Positions 40,997 through 50,947 of a DNA stretch of 64,000 bases are shown here, in pieces; positions within the stretch are counted from its first letter, which is position 1; each line of letters starts with the position of its first letter. Below the pieces are notes generated by a model that made no database searches, was not told the DNA's origin, and saw nothing but the letters and a program-made list of their open reading frames with translations. This DNA is from an uncultured Spiribacter sp. (GTDB lineage: Bacteria; Pseudomonadota; Gammaproteobacteria; Nitrococcales; Nitrococcaceae): positions 6,714 to 70,713 of the forward strand of contig CALGDM010000007.1 of the NCBI GenBank assembly GCA_937884605.1. The letters run 5' to 3'. A program made the translations under genes and the position numbers.

Positions 40997-43375
40997 TCAG
41001 CTGCTCGAGGACTGCTTCTTGCGGCTGGTGCGGGCCTTGCCGGTGCCGCTGGCGGACTTCTTGCGACCGCCGCCCCGGCCCTTGGGCTCGGGCGCCTCGT
41101 CGATCAATGCCTGACACTCATCGCGGGTCAGCGATTCGGCCTCGCGGTCCTTGGGGACCCGGGCCCGCTTGCGGCCGTCGGTGATGTACGGCCCGAAGCG
41201 ACCCTTCATGACCGTCAGTGCGCCGTCGTCAAAGCTCTGGATGGTACGCCGGGCGATGTTTTCCTTTTTTTCCTCGACCAGTTCCAGGGCACGCTCACGG
41301 TCGATGGTGTAGGGGTCATCGTCCTTTTTGAGCGACGCAAACTGGTCGCCGAAGCGGACATACGGGCCGAATCGGCCGATGTTGGCGCTCAGGGGCAGGC
41401 CATCCGGCGTCTCGCCGAGATCCCGCGGCAGCGTAAACAGTGCCAGGGCCTCGTCGAGACCAATGGTATCGATGCTCTGGCCCGGGCGCAGGCTGGCAAA
41501 GCGGGGCTTTTCCTCGTCCTCGCGGGTGCCGATCTGGGCGAAGGGCCCATAGCGGCCGAGCCGCGCCGAGACCGGTCGGCCGCTCTCGGGATCGGTACCC
41601 AGCTCGCGGGCCTTCATCACCTCGCTGCGCGACACCTGCTGCTTTTCTTCGATGCGCTCGTGGAAGGGATCCCAGAACTGGCGCAGCACCGGCACCCAGT
41701 CGGTCTCGCCCCGCGAGATGGCATCCAGCCGGTCTTCCAGGCGCGCGGTGAATTCGTAGTCGACGTAGCGATCGAAATGCTCGGTCAGGAACTTGGTGAC
41801 CACCCGGCCGGTGTCGGTGGGCTTGAAGCGCCGATTCTCCAGCGTCACGTAGTTGCGCGCCTGCAGCGTGGCGATGATCGAGGCATAGGTTGACGGCCGG
41901 CCGATGCCGTATTCCTCGAGGGCGCGCACCAGGGTGGCCTCGGAGTAGCGCGGCGGCGGCTCCGTGAAGTGCTGTTCCGGCCGCAGGGCCGTCAGCGTGA
42001 TCCGCTCGCCCTCGGCGAGGGGCGGCAGGATGCGGTCATTGGCATCGGCGCCGGCGTCGTCGGCCCCCTCCTGATACACCGCCATGAAGCCGGGATCGCG
42101 CACCGTCGAACCGGTGGCCCGAAAGCTCGCCACGTCGCCGGCGGCCAGGTCCACCGACACCGTGTCGATGGTGGCGTGGATCATCTGGCAGGCGACGGTG
42201 CGCTTCCAGATCAGGTCATAGAGCCGGTACTGATCGTCGCTGAGATGTCCCTTGAGCGATTCCGGCACCCAGCTGGCATCCGTTGGCCGGATCCCCTCAT
42301 GCGCTTCCTGGGCGTTCTTGGCGCGGGTCCGGTACTGATTGGGCTTGGCGGGCAGCTTGGCGGCGCCGAAGCGCTTCTCGATCACCTCGCGCAGGCCCTG
42401 GATGGCCTCCTGCGAGAGGTTGACCGAGTCGGTGCGCATGTAGGTGATCAGGCCCACCGTGCCGCTGCCGGTATCCACCCCTTCGTAGAGCTGCTGGGCA
42501 ATGCGCATCGTCTGCTGCGCGGAAAAGCGCAGTTTGCGCGAGGCCTCCTGCTGAAGGGTGGAGGTGATGAAAGGCGCGGCGGGGTTGCGCCGGCGTTGTT
42601 TTTTCTCGACCCGGGTGACGGTCAGCTCGCCCTCGCCCTGGTCGGCGCCGGTGGCCGCGAGGATGCGCTGCGTGGCGTCGTCGGCGGTTTCGGCGTTGTT
42701 GATGGTGAACTGCTCGACCTTGCCGCCATCGAGCTGCTGCAGGCGCCCGACAAACGGGGTATCGGCCTGGACCAGGTCGGCCTCGACGCTCCAGTACTCC
42801 TGGGGGACGAACGCCTCGATCTCCTTCTCGCGCTCGACGATCATGCGCAGCGCCGGCGATTGCACGCGGCCGGCAGAGAGACCGCTGGTGATCTTGCGCC
42901 ACAGCAGCGGCGAGAGGTTGAACCCGACCAGGTAGTCCAGCGCCCGGCGTGCCTGCTGGGCATCCACCAGGTGATCGGACAGGCCGCGCGGGTGCTGGAT
43001 GGCCTCGCGGATCGCATCCCGGGTGATCTCGTAGAAAACCACCCGATGGACGGGCTTGTCGGCAATCACGCCGCGCTCGCGCAGCAGCTCCAGCAGGTGC
43101 CAGGAAATGGCCTCCCCTTCGCGGTCGGGGTCAGTGGCCAGGTAGACCGCATCGGCCTTGCGGGTGGCCTTGGCAATGGCGTCGACCTGTTTGGCGTTGC
43201 GCTCGACCACGCTGTAGTGCATGGCAAAGTCATGCGTCGGATCGACGGCACCCTCCTTGGCGATCAGGTCACGGACATGACCGTACGACGCCATCACCTC
43301 GAAGTCCTTGCCCAGGTACTTCTTGATGGTGCCCGCCTTGGCCGGGGATTCGACGATTACCAGTGAATGCGACAT
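40997..43375 (-). CDS. topA: DNA topoisomerase I (type IA) with a Cys-less C-terminal repeat region and a basic tail
   Basis: LVIVESPAKA (Toprim), EGEAISWH and ITYMRTDS (catalytic Tyr) are present. The C-terminal third has GR(Y/F)GPY repeats, no CxxC zinc ribbons, and ends in a Lys/Arg/Ser-rich tail. Confidence 0.93.
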   Translation of the reverse strand: MSHSLVIVESPAKAGTIKKYLGKDFEVMASYGHVRDLIAKEGAVDPTHDFAMHYSVVERNAKQVDAIAKATRKADAVYLATDPDREGEAISWHLLELLRERGVIADKPVHRVVFYEITRDAIREAIQHPRGLSDHLVDAQQARRALDYLVGFNLSPLLWRKITSGLSAGRVQSPALRMIVEREKEIEAFVPQEYWSVEADLVQADTPFVGRLQQLDGGKVEQFTINNAETADDATQRILAATGADQGEGELTVTRVEKKQRRRNPAAPFITSTLQQEASRKLRFSAQQTMRIAQQLYEGVDTGSGTVGLITYMRTDSVNLSQEAIQGLREVIEKRFGAAKLPAKPNQYRTRAKNAQEAHEGIRPTDASWVPESLKGHLSDDQYRLYDLIWKRTVACQMIHATIDTVSVDLAAGDVASFRATGSTVRDPGFMAVYQEGADDAGADANDRILPPLAEGERITLTALRPEQHFTEPPPRYSEATLVRALEEYGIGRPSTYASIIATLQARNYVTLENRRFKPTDTGRVVTKFLTEHFDRYVDYEFTARLEDRLDAISRGETDWVPVLRQFWDPFHERIEEKQQVSRSEVMKARELGTDPESGRPVSARLGRYGPFAQIGTREDEEKPRFASLRPGQSIDTIGLDEALALFTLPRDLGETPDGLPLSANIGRFGPYVRFGDQFASLKKDDDPYTIDRERALELVEEKKENIARRTIQSFDDGALTVMKGRFGPYITDGRKRARVPKDREAESLTRDECQALIDEAPEPKGRGGGRKKSASGTGKARTSRKKQSSSS

Positions 43376-43381
43376 GGATGC

Positions 43382-43855
43382 TTAGTGTTTTGTGGGATAG
43401 GGAGGTTCAAAAAGCAGGCTCTCCATGGAGGCGCAGGCCTCTTCCTGACCCGGTTGGCTGAACAGGACCATCAGGACCACCCACTTGAGCTCATCCAGCC
43501 CGATGGGATCGTCATCCAGGTCCATCAGACGATCGATGACCAGTTCGCGGCTGCCCGCGCCGAGAATCCCGGCCTGTTCGAGAAACAGCAGAAAGCCCCG
43601 GCACTCGACATCGAGCCGGGCCGCCTCGGCCGTCGTGTAAATCCGGATCGCCGCGGGTCCGTGGGCCGAAACCGGCAGGTCGCGGCGTTCGGCGAGCGCG
43701 TCGATCCATGCCAGCGCCTTGAAAATCTGCGGATCGGAAAACCCCGCATCACGCAGGTCCGACTCGATCTGGGTCCGATTGGGGTCGAGGTCGACGGCGT
43801 CCTGAAAATAGTGCTCAAACAGGTACATCAGGATCTCGAAGACGTTTTCTTTCAT
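43382..43855 (-). CDS. smg: Smg protein (DUF494)
   Basis: MKENVFEILMYLFEHYF gives the typical Smg N-terminus. It lies between dprA and topA, as in enterics. Confidence 0.85.
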   Translation of the reverse strand: MKENVFEILMYLFEHYFQDAVDLDPNRTQIESDLRDAGFSDPQIFKALAWIDALAERRDLPVSAHGPAAIRIYTTAEAARLDVECRGFLLFLEQAGILGAGSRELVIDRLMDLDDDPIGLDELKWVVLMVLFSQPGQEEACASMESLLFEPPYPTKH

Positions 43856-44985
43856 CCGCCCGCTCGATTGCTGGTTCGCATGTAATAACCGCTACTGCAG
43901 GGCGCAACGTCGCCCGAGAGTTCGAGCTTCAGGAGAATGGATGAAAGGATATCGGGCGTCAATGAAGCCCGCTGGAGCAGGGTATCGAAGGCAATGGGGT
44001 CGTGATCCATGGCCTCGAGCACCGCGATTTCCCGTGCATCCAGGGCCGTCCAGTCGGCCTGCTCAGCCGTTGACTCGACCGGCGGAGCGGTGGCCGCCGG
44101 CCCGTCGATGGCATGGCTCACTTCTTCGATGACCTGCTGCGCCGATTCCACCAGACGCGCCCCGTTGCGAATGAGTGCGTGGCAGCCCTTGACCCGCGGA
44201 TTATGGATGGAGCCGGGAATGGCCATGGCCTCGCGGCCGGCATCGATCGCCCGGTAAGCGGTCTCCAGCGAGCCGCTGTGGCGACCGGCCTCGACCACCA
44301 GCGTGCCCACCGACAGCCCGGCGATCAGGCGGTTGCGGCGCGGAAACAGTCCCCGGCTCACCGGTGTGCCGGTGGGCATTTCGGTGACGATTGCCCCGTG
44401 GCGGGCGATCTGGCGGGCCAGCGCCTCATTGTCCCGCGGATAAAGCCGGTCCGGGCCCGTGGCCATGACCGCCACGGTGCGGCCCTGCACCGCCAGTGCC
44501 CCTTCGTGGGCGGCGGTATCGATGCCCAGGGCCAGCCCGCTGGTGACGGTCAGTCCGGTGGCGGCCAGATAGGCGGCAAACTCTTCGGCGATGCGAATGG
44601 CGTTGTCCGAGGCATTGCGTGCCCCGACCATGGCCACCTGGGGCTCGAGCAGGGCGTTGGGATCACCACGCAGGTACAGCATGGGCGGCGGGTCGGCGAT
44701 TTGCGTCAGCAGGGCCGGATAGCGCGCATCGTCGCGGGCGATCAGGTGGCGATCCTCGGCATCGGCCCAGCGCAGGTCGGCATCAATGCCCGACTGCAGG
44801 CTGGCGGCGTCATGCGGTGCGCGGACCGCAGCCCGGGGCAGCCCATGGGCGGCGCGATCGGCCTGGGACGCGGCCCGAAACGCCTCGGGGTGGTCATAGG
44901 CGTCGATGATCAGGGTGCTGGTCCGCGGGCCGACACCCGGCAGGCGCGCCAGCCACAGCCAGCTCTCGAGCGCGCGGTCAGTCAT
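43852..44985 (-). CDS. dprA: DNA-processing protein DprA (Smf)
   Basis: LPGVGP, MVGARNAS, the Rossmann-like core VTSGLALGIDTAAHEGAL, FPRRNRLIAGLS and a C-terminal winged-helix region are present. Confidence 0.9.
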   Translation of the reverse strand: MTDRALESWLWLARLPGVGPRTSTLIIDAYDHPEAFRAASQADRAAHGLPRAAVRAPHDAASLQSGIDADLRWADAEDRHLIARDDARYPALLTQIADPPPMLYLRGDPNALLEPQVAMVGARNASDNAIRIAEEFAAYLAATGLTVTSGLALGIDTAAHEGALAVQGRTVAVMATGPDRLYPRDNEALARQIARHGAIVTEMPTGTPVSRGLFPRRNRLIAGLSVGTLVVEAGRHSGSLETAYRAIDAGREAMAIPGSIHNPRVKGCHALIRNGARLVESAQQVIEEVSHAIDGPAATAPPVESTAEQADWTALDAREIAVLEAMDHDPIAFDTLLQRASLTPDILSSILLKLELSGDVAPCSSGYYMRTSNRAGG

Positions 44986-45376
44986 GGGCCTCGCTCCGCT
45001 CGGGGTCGATGGCCAGCAGGTAGTCGCCGGGGCGGATTTCGCGCCGCGCCTTCAGGATACGCAGCAGTGCCGGCTGTCCGGCGCTGATCAGTGCCGCTTT
45101 GCCCAGGGCGATGCTGCTGCGGCCGAGGCGCTCGCCGCTGTGGCCGGTGAGCGCCGGCCCGGGCCGAAGCAGATAGTAATGACGGGCGGCCCGACCGCTC
45201 AGCCCTTCGGCATAGACCCGGTCGCCGGCCGCATTCAGACGTCGCCCTTCCTCGCCCAGGACAACCTGCGGCAGGGCCTGGCTGGACGGGAACAGGGCCG
45301 GCGGCGAGGCCGGTACCGACAGGGTGGTCAGCAGAGCAATGGTGGCGAGCAGGGCGCGCAGGCTCCACGCGGGCAT
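44978..45376 (-). CDS. Hypothetical exported protein in the position of the LysM/TsaP-like gene next to dprA, with no LysM domain
   Basis: The ATG at 45376 is preceded by AAGGAG. The signal peptide is MPAWSLRALLATIALLTTLSVPASP. I recognise no catalytic motif, so only context and the Shine-Dalgarno sequence support it. Confidence 0.5.
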   Translation of the reverse strand: MPAWSLRALLATIALLTTLSVPASPPALFPSSQALPQVVLGEEGRRLNAAGDRVYAEGLSGRAARHYYLLRPGPALTGHSGERLGRSSIALGKAALISAGQPALLRILKARREIRPGDYLLAIDPERSEAHD

Positions 45377-45463
45377 GATGTCTCCTTGTCACACCGCGTC
45401 TGACTGGTCGCGAGTGGCGGCGGTTCGCTACACTGAGCGGTAGTGCTTTAAACGGATAGTCTC

Positions 45464-45997
45464 ATGGCCATACGCGAAATCCTCCAGTACCCCGATGAAA
45501 GGCTGCGCCGCCGGGCCGCGCCCGTCGAGCAGATCGATGCCGAGGTGCATGCCCTGGTGCGCGACATGATCGAGACCATGTACGACGCCTCGGGGATCGG
45601 TCTGGCGGCCACGCAGATCAATGTCCACCAGCGCCTTGTCGTGGTTGATGTCAGCGAAAATGGCGACGCGCCGCAGGTGTTCATCAACCCCGAGATCATC
45701 GCGCGCGGCGAGACGCGGGATATTGTCGAAGAGGGCTGTCTGTCCATCGCCGGCTATACCGACAACGTCGAACGGGTCGATGCCGTGACCGTGCGCGCCC
45801 AGGGTCTGGACGGCGAACCCTTCGAGCTGCAGGCCGAAGGCATGATGGCGCGTTGCCTGCAGCACGAGATCGATCATATCGACGGCCGGCTTTTTATTGA
45901 CCATCTCTCCGAGCTCAAGCGCAAGCGCCTGCGCCGGCGGTTCGAGAAAGCGGCCCGGCAGCGCGGTGATGCGTCGGCCCGAACGGGATCGGTCTGA
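45464..45997 (+). CDS. def: Peptide deformylase
   Basis: The three Def motifs are [13 protein letters not shown] and QHEIDHIDG. Confidence 0.95.
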   Translation: MAIREILQYPDERLRRRAAPVEQIDAEVHALVRDMIETMYDASGIGLAATQINVHQRLVVVDVSENGDAPQVFINPEIIARGETRDIVEEGCLSIAGYTDNVERVDAVTVRAQGLDGEPFELQAEGMMARCLQHEIDHIDGRLFIDHLSELKRKRLRRRFEKAARQRGDASARTGSV

Positions 45998-46953
45998 TCG
46001 GCGCCAGCGACAATACGCCGCCCCGCATCGTCTATGCGGGGACGCCCGAGTTTGCCGTGCCCGCCCTCGAGGCCCTGGTGGCGGCGGGGCACTCCATCGC
46101 CGCGGTTTACACCCAGCCCGACCGGCCGGCCGGCCGCGGGCGCCGGCTCCGGCCATCACCGGTCAAGACAGCCGCCCTCGAGCACGGCCTGAGCGTCGAA
46201 CAGCCCGAGCGCCTGGGCAACGCCGAGGCCCGGGACCGGCTGGCCGGCTATCGGCCCGACGTCATGATCGTGGCGGCTTATGGCCTGATCCTGCCGGCAT
46301 CCGTGCTGAACATTCCCACCCATGGTTGCGTCAACATCCATGCCTCGCTGCTGCCGCGCTGGCGCGGGGCGGCCCCCATTCAGCGGGCCATCGAGGCCGG
46401 CGATCCGGAAACCGGCGTCTGTCTGATGGAAATGGCGGCGGGCCTGGATACCGGGCCGGTCATCGCAGCGCGGTCCACGCCCATCACCCCCGACGATAAT
46501 GCCGCGCAGTTGCATGACCGGCTGGCCGATCTGGGGGCGCAATTGCTGGTGGATTGCCTGGATGGCTGGCTGCATGGCCGGCAACCCGCCCGTCCGCAGC
46601 CGTCCGACGGCGTGACCTATGCCGCCAAGATCAACGCCGACGAGGCCTGGATCGATTGGCAGCGTCCGGCGCCCGAGCTGGCGCGCCGGGTGCGCGCGTT
46701 CAATGCCTGGCCGGTGGCCCGCTGCGCGTGGGGCGATGATCGGTTGCGGGTCTGGCAGGCGGTGGCGCTGCCGGCCGGCGACGCGGCGGCGCCACCCGGC
46801 ACCATTATTGCCGTCGGGTCCGACGGGATTGATGTGCAGACCGGCGAGGGCCTGCTGCGCCTGCAGCGGGTACAGGCGGCCGGTGGACGGGCCCAGCCAG
46901 TGGCGGAATTCCTGCGGGGGCACACAGTGCATGTCGGCGAAATCCTCCACTGA
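45994..46953 (+). CDS. fmt: Methionyl-tRNA formyltransferase (start codon uncertain or non-canonical)
   Basis: [31 protein letters not shown] and [15 protein letters not shown] are present. The conserved [10 protein letters not shown] segment lies upstream of the first ATG/GTG/TTG (GTG at 46057). I provisionally placed the 5' end at the CTG at 45994, which overlaps the def stop. Confidence 0.85.
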   Translation: MIGASDNTPPRIVYAGTPEFAVPALEALVAAGHSIAAVYTQPDRPAGRGRRLRPSPVKTAALEHGLSVEQPERLGNAEARDRLAGYRPDVMIVAAYGLILPASVLNIPTHGCVNIHASLLPRWRGAAPIQRAIEAGDPETGVCLMEMAAGLDTGPVIAARSTPITPDDNAAQLHDRLADLGAQLLVDCLDGWLHGRQPARPQPSDGVTYAAKINADEAWIDWQRPAPELARRVRAFNAWPVARCAWGDDRLRVWQAVALPAGDAAAPPGTIIAVGSDGIDVQTGEGLLRLQRVQAAGGRAQPVAEFLRGHTVHVGEILH

Positions 46954-48241
46954 TCCGCGCGGGGCCGCGGTCGAGGTCCTGCTGGCGGTGCTGCACCGAG
47001 GCCGATCACTGGATCGCGCCCTCGCCGAGCACGGTCCGCGCGGCGATGATCCCCGGGATGTCGCGTTATGCCGGGCCATCGCCTACGGGGTGCTGCGTTA
47101 TCACCGCCGCCTGGGCGCCATTCGGGATCATTTCCTGCGCAGCCGGCTCAAGTCGCGGGACCAGGACATGGCGCTGCTCCTCGAGATCGGCTTTTTCCAG
47201 CTCACCGAAATGGACATTCCGGCCCATGCGGCGGTCTCCGAGACGGTTGCCGTCGCGCGCCGGCGCGGCAAGCCCTGGGCTGCCAAGCTGATCAACGCCG
47301 TCCTGCGACGTTTTCAGCGCGACAGCGCGGCCTGCCTGCAGGCGGTAGACGCCGACCCGGCCCGCCAGGCCTCGGTGCCGGACTGGCTGCTCGCCCACCT
47401 GCGCCGGGACTGGCCCGACGACTGGCAGGCGCTGCTGGCCGCGCAGAATACGCGGGCGCCCATGACGCTGCGGGTCAATCGCCGTCGCACGTCCCGTGAT
47501 GCCTATCTCGAGCGGCTTGCCGCTGAGGGCATTGGCGCCCGGGCGCTGGCGGGGTTCGAGGACGCCCTGGTGCTCGACAACGCGGTGGCGGTCAGCGCAC
47601 TGCCGGGCTTTGCCGCCGGCGATTGCTCGGTGCAGGACGCCGTCGCCCAGTGGGCTGCCCCGCTGCTGGCGGCGACGGAGGGCGATCGGGTGCTCGATGC
47701 CTGCGCCGCACCCGGGGGTAAGGCCGCCCACGTGCTTGAACATGCGCAGGTGTCGCTGCTGGCGGCGGATATTGATGCCGAGCGGCTGCAGCGGGTCGAG
47801 GAAACCTTCGCCCGCCTCGGCCTGAGCGCCACGGTGCGGGTGGCGGATGCCTCAGACCCCGGGCAGTGGCCAGCGCAAGAGCGCTTCGATCGCATCCTCA
47901 TTGATGCGCCGTGTTCGGGCACCGGGGTCATCCGTCGGCACCCCGACATCAAATGGCTGCGGCGCGAGGCCGATATCGCGCATCTGGCGGTGCGCCAGCG
48001 CGCGCTTCTCGACACCCTCTGGCCGCGACTGGCACCGGGCGGGCGTCTTGTCTACTGCACCTGCTCGGTGCTTCGCGCCGAGAATGAATCAGTGATCGAG
48101 GCCTTCGTCGGGGATCAAGCCGATGTCAAAGTGGTCCCACCTGCACCGCCGGTCGGTCGGCCGGTGGGCCACGGACATCAGGTTCTGACCGGTGAGGCCG
48201 GCGTCGATGGCTTCTACTATGCCTGTCTGGACAAGCGCTAG
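46931..48241 (+). CDS. rsmB: 16S rRNA (cytosine967-C5)-methyltransferase RsmB
   Basis: An N-terminal NusB-like domain ([20 protein letters not shown]) precedes the SAM motif [10 protein letters not shown] and the catalytic DAPCSGTG and YCTCS motifs. The ATG at 46931 overlaps the fmt 3' end. Confidence 0.9.
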   Translation: MSAKSSTDPRGAAVEVLLAVLHRGRSLDRALAEHGPRGDDPRDVALCRAIAYGVLRYHRRLGAIRDHFLRSRLKSRDQDMALLLEIGFFQLTEMDIPAHAAVSETVAVARRRGKPWAAKLINAVLRRFQRDSAACLQAVDADPARQASVPDWLLAHLRRDWPDDWQALLAAQNTRAPMTLRVNRRRTSRDAYLERLAAEGIGARALAGFEDALVLDNAVAVSALPGFAAGDCSVQDAVAQWAAPLLAATEGDRVLDACAAPGGKAAHVLEHAQVSLLAADIDAERLQRVEETFARLGLSATVRVADASDPGQWPAQERFDRILIDAPCSGTGVIRRHPDIKWLRREADIAHLAVRQRALLDTLWPRLAPGGRLVYCTCSVLRAENESVIEAFVGDQADVKVVPPAPPVGRPVGHGHQVLTGEAGVDGFYYACLDKR

Positions 48242-48794
48242 CCCCCGAGCCGCCCTGCTGGTGGCGCTGCTGTGTCTGGCCGCGGTCGGCATCAGCCCCC
48301 CGGCGGCGGGTTTCAGTGTTGCCTCGCTTGAACAGCGATTCGCCAACGGGCTGTTGGTGGTGGATGGGCGTATCGACTATTCGCTGACGGCGACGGCAAC
48401 CGAGGCACTGGAGAGCGGCGTCGATCTGGTGATCAGCCAACGGCTGAGCCTCGATCGACCGCGCTGGTGGTGGCGCGACGTGGAAGTGGTCGGTCAGGAG
48501 CGCCGGTACCGGCTTGCCTATCACGCGATGAGCCGTCGCTACGTGCTCAATCGCCTTGCCAGTGGCGAGAGTCGCAGTTATCGCAGCCTCGATGCCCTGC
48601 TGACGCGGCTTGGCACCATTGAGGCCTGGCCCGTGATCGGCCGCGACCGGCTGGATGACCAGCAGACCTATCGGCTGCGTTTCGAGACCGAGCTGGATGT
48701 GGACGCGCTGCCCCGGCTGTTGCGCACGGTGGCCTGGGCCAGCGCCGACTGGCAGCTGCGCAGCGAGCCCCAGACCCTTGAGGTGCGGCCATGA
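48219..48794 (+). CDS. DUF4390 domain protein (exported)
   Basis: It has a signal peptide (AALLVALLCLAAVGISPPAAG). It sits between rsmB and ntrY, the usual position of DUF4390 proteins in beta/gamma-proteobacteria. The call is a family assignment from context. Confidence 0.65.
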   Translation: MPVWTSASPRAALLVALLCLAAVGISPPAAGFSVASLEQRFANGLLVVDGRIDYSLTATATEALESGVDLVISQRLSLDRPRWWWRDVEVVGQERRYRLAYHAMSRRYVLNRLASGESRSYRSLDALLTRLGTIEAWPVIGRDRLDDQQTYRLRFETELDVDALPRLLRTVAWASADWQLRSEPQTLEVRP

Positions 48795-50947
48795 GCGGGC
48801 TGCCGCGCCAGGCCATTGTCCGCATCCTGCTCAGCGTGCTGCTGATCCTGTCGCTGTATCTGCTCAGCGCCGCCACTGAAAACTCCTCGCGCTTCGGGCG
48901 CCTGTATCTGTGGCTGCTGCTGATCAACGGCGTGGTGCTGGTGGTGCTCTCGGGGCTGATCATCAACAACCTGCAGCGGCTGGTGCGCTCGCTGCGGGCG
49001 CGCGAAACCGGCAGTCGCCTGACCCTGCGGTTGATGGCCCTGTTTGTGGTCCTGGCGGTGCTGCCCGGACTGGTGGTGTACGGTTTTTCGATGCAGTTTT
49101 TGCAGCGCGGCGTGGACAGTTGGTTTGATGTGCGCGTCGAAAATGCCCTCGAAGACGCGCTGGCGCTCTCCCAGGCGTCGCTGGATCAGCGCATGCGTGA
49201 CATGCAGCAGCGCCTCGAAGAGGCCGCCCGGGATCTGGCCGATGTCAGCCAGGAGATGGCGCCCATCACTCTGGGCGACCTACGCGCCCGCACGGGTGCC
49301 TCGGAGTTGACGCTGATCGGCGAGAACGGGCGCATCATTGCCGCCAGCAGCATGGATACTGACAGCATCCTGCCCAATCGGCCCGAGGAGAGCATTCTTC
49401 TGCAGCTGCGCCAGGGCCGGCCCTATGTGGGGCTCGACCCCATCGAGAACGCCGGCCTGCATATCCGCGCCCTGGTGCGTGCACCGGGCCCGGATGGGCC
49501 CGGCAATACGCGCATCCTGCAGGGGCTTTTCCAGGTCTCGCCGCGCATCAACGATCTGGCCGACGAGGTGGAAACCGCGTTCAGCGAGTATCGCGAGCTC
49601 GCCTATCTGCGCGGACCGCTCAAGGACAGCTTCATCCTGACGCTGTCGCTGGTGCTGCTGGTGTCGCTGCTGTTCGCCGTCTGGTCGGCATTCTATCTGG
49701 CCCGCCGACTGGTGGCGCCGGTGAGTCGTCTGGCCGAGGGCACCCGGGCGATGGCCGCCGGCGAGTACGGTACCCAGCTGCCCCCGGCGGGCAACGACGA
49801 GCTGGGCTTTCTGGTGCGATCGTTCAATGACATGAGCCGTCGCGTGGCCGATGTCCGGGATGCCGCACGGCAGAGCCAGACGCTGGTGGAATCCCAGCGC
49901 GCCTATCTGGAAACGGTGCTGGGGCGTCTGTCCTCGGGGGTGTTGGCACTGGGCCCGGACGGCACCCTGCGCACCTATAACCAGGCGGCGGTGGATATCC
50001 TCTCGGTGCCGCTGCATGAAGGCACCGGCCAGCCGCTGTCGGCCCTTGTCCAGCGGTTTCCTGACTTCAGTCCGTTTGTCGAGCAGATTGATGCCCATCA
50101 GCACGAGGCCGAGGGCGAATGGCGTGCCGAGCTCAGTCTGGACACCCGCGAGGGGCGCCGGTCGCTGATCTGCAGCGGGGCGCTGCTGCCGGGCGAGGGC
50201 GAAGGTGGCGGCGAGGTGATCGTCTTTGATGATGTGACCACACTCATTCAGGCCCAGCGCGACGCCGCCTGGGGTGAAGTCGCCCGGCGGCTGGCCCATG
50301 AGATCCGCAATCCGCTGACACCCATCCAGCTGTCCGCCGAGCGCCTCCAGCACAAGGTGGGCAACCGCCTGAGCGGCGACGAGGCGGCCCTGCTGCAACG
50401 GGCCACCGAGACCATCATCCACCAGGTCGAGGCAATGAAGGAGATGGTCCAGGCGTTTTCCGAGTACGCGCGACCGCCGGTGCTGCAGCTCCAGCGGGTC
50501 GACTTCAATGCCCTGGTGCAGGAGGTGGTTGAGCTCTACCGGGGGCAGGCGGCGCAGGCCTCGATCCGCACGGACCTGGACGATCAGCTGCCCTGGCTGG
50601 AGGCCGATCCCGGGCGCCTGCGTCAGCTGCTCAACAACCTGATCCGCAATGCCCTCGAAGCCGACGCCGGCGGCGCCTGCGAGATCGTGGTCTCGACCCG
50701 CCGCCGCAGCGGGCGCCATGCCGGGGGCGTGGAACTGGACATCGAGGATAACGGGCCCGGGTTTGCCGATGCCATGCTCGATCAGCTCTTCGAGCCCTAT
50801 GTCAGCACCAAGCCCCGGGGCTCGGGGCTGGGCCTGGCGATCGTTAAAAAGATTGTCGAAGAGCACAATGGCAGTATCAGTGCCCGCAATGTCGAGGGCG
50901 GCGCGCGTCTGTCGGTGCGCCTGCCGACCGGGGAGAATGGACAATGA
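48791..50947 (+). CDS. ntrY: NtrY-like sensor histidine kinase (TM, HAMP, PAS, HisKA, HATPase)
   Basis: It has multiple N-terminal TM helices, a HAMP domain (LARRLVAPVSRLAEGTRAMAAGEY), a PAS region, the H-box ARRLAHEIRNPLTPIQL, the N-box LLNNLIRNALEA, and the G-boxes DNGPGF and GSGLGLAIVKK. Confidence 0.8.
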   Translation: MSGLPRQAIVRILLSVLLILSLYLLSAATENSSRFGRLYLWLLLINGVVLVVLSGLIINNLQRLVRSLRARETGSRLTLRLMALFVVLAVLPGLVVYGFSMQFLQRGVDSWFDVRVENALEDALALSQASLDQRMRDMQQRLEEAARDLADVSQEMAPITLGDLRARTGASELTLIGENGRIIAASSMDTDSILPNRPEESILLQLRQGRPYVGLDPIENAGLHIRALVRAPGPDGPGNTRILQGLFQVSPRINDLADEVETAFSEYRELAYLRGPLKDSFILTLSLVLLVSLLFAVWSAFYLARRLVAPVSRLAEGTRAMAAGEYGTQLPPAGNDELGFLVRSFNDMSRRVADVRDAARQSQTLVESQRAYLETVLGRLSSGVLALGPDGTLRTYNQAAVDILSVPLHEGTGQPLSALVQRFPDFSPFVEQIDAHQHEAEGEWRAELSLDTREGRRSLICSGALLPGEGEGGGEVIVFDDVTTLIQAQRDAAWGEVARRLAHEIRNPLTPIQLSAERLQHKVGNRLSGDEAALLQRATETIIHQVEAMKEMVQAFSEYARPPVLQLQRVDFNALVQEVVELYRGQAAQASIRTDLDDQLPWLEADPGRLRQLLNNLIRNALEADAGGACEIVVSTRRRSGRHAGGVELDIEDNGPGFADAMLDQLFEPYVSTKPRGSGLGLAIVKKIVEEHNGSISARNVEGGARLSVRLPTGENGQ

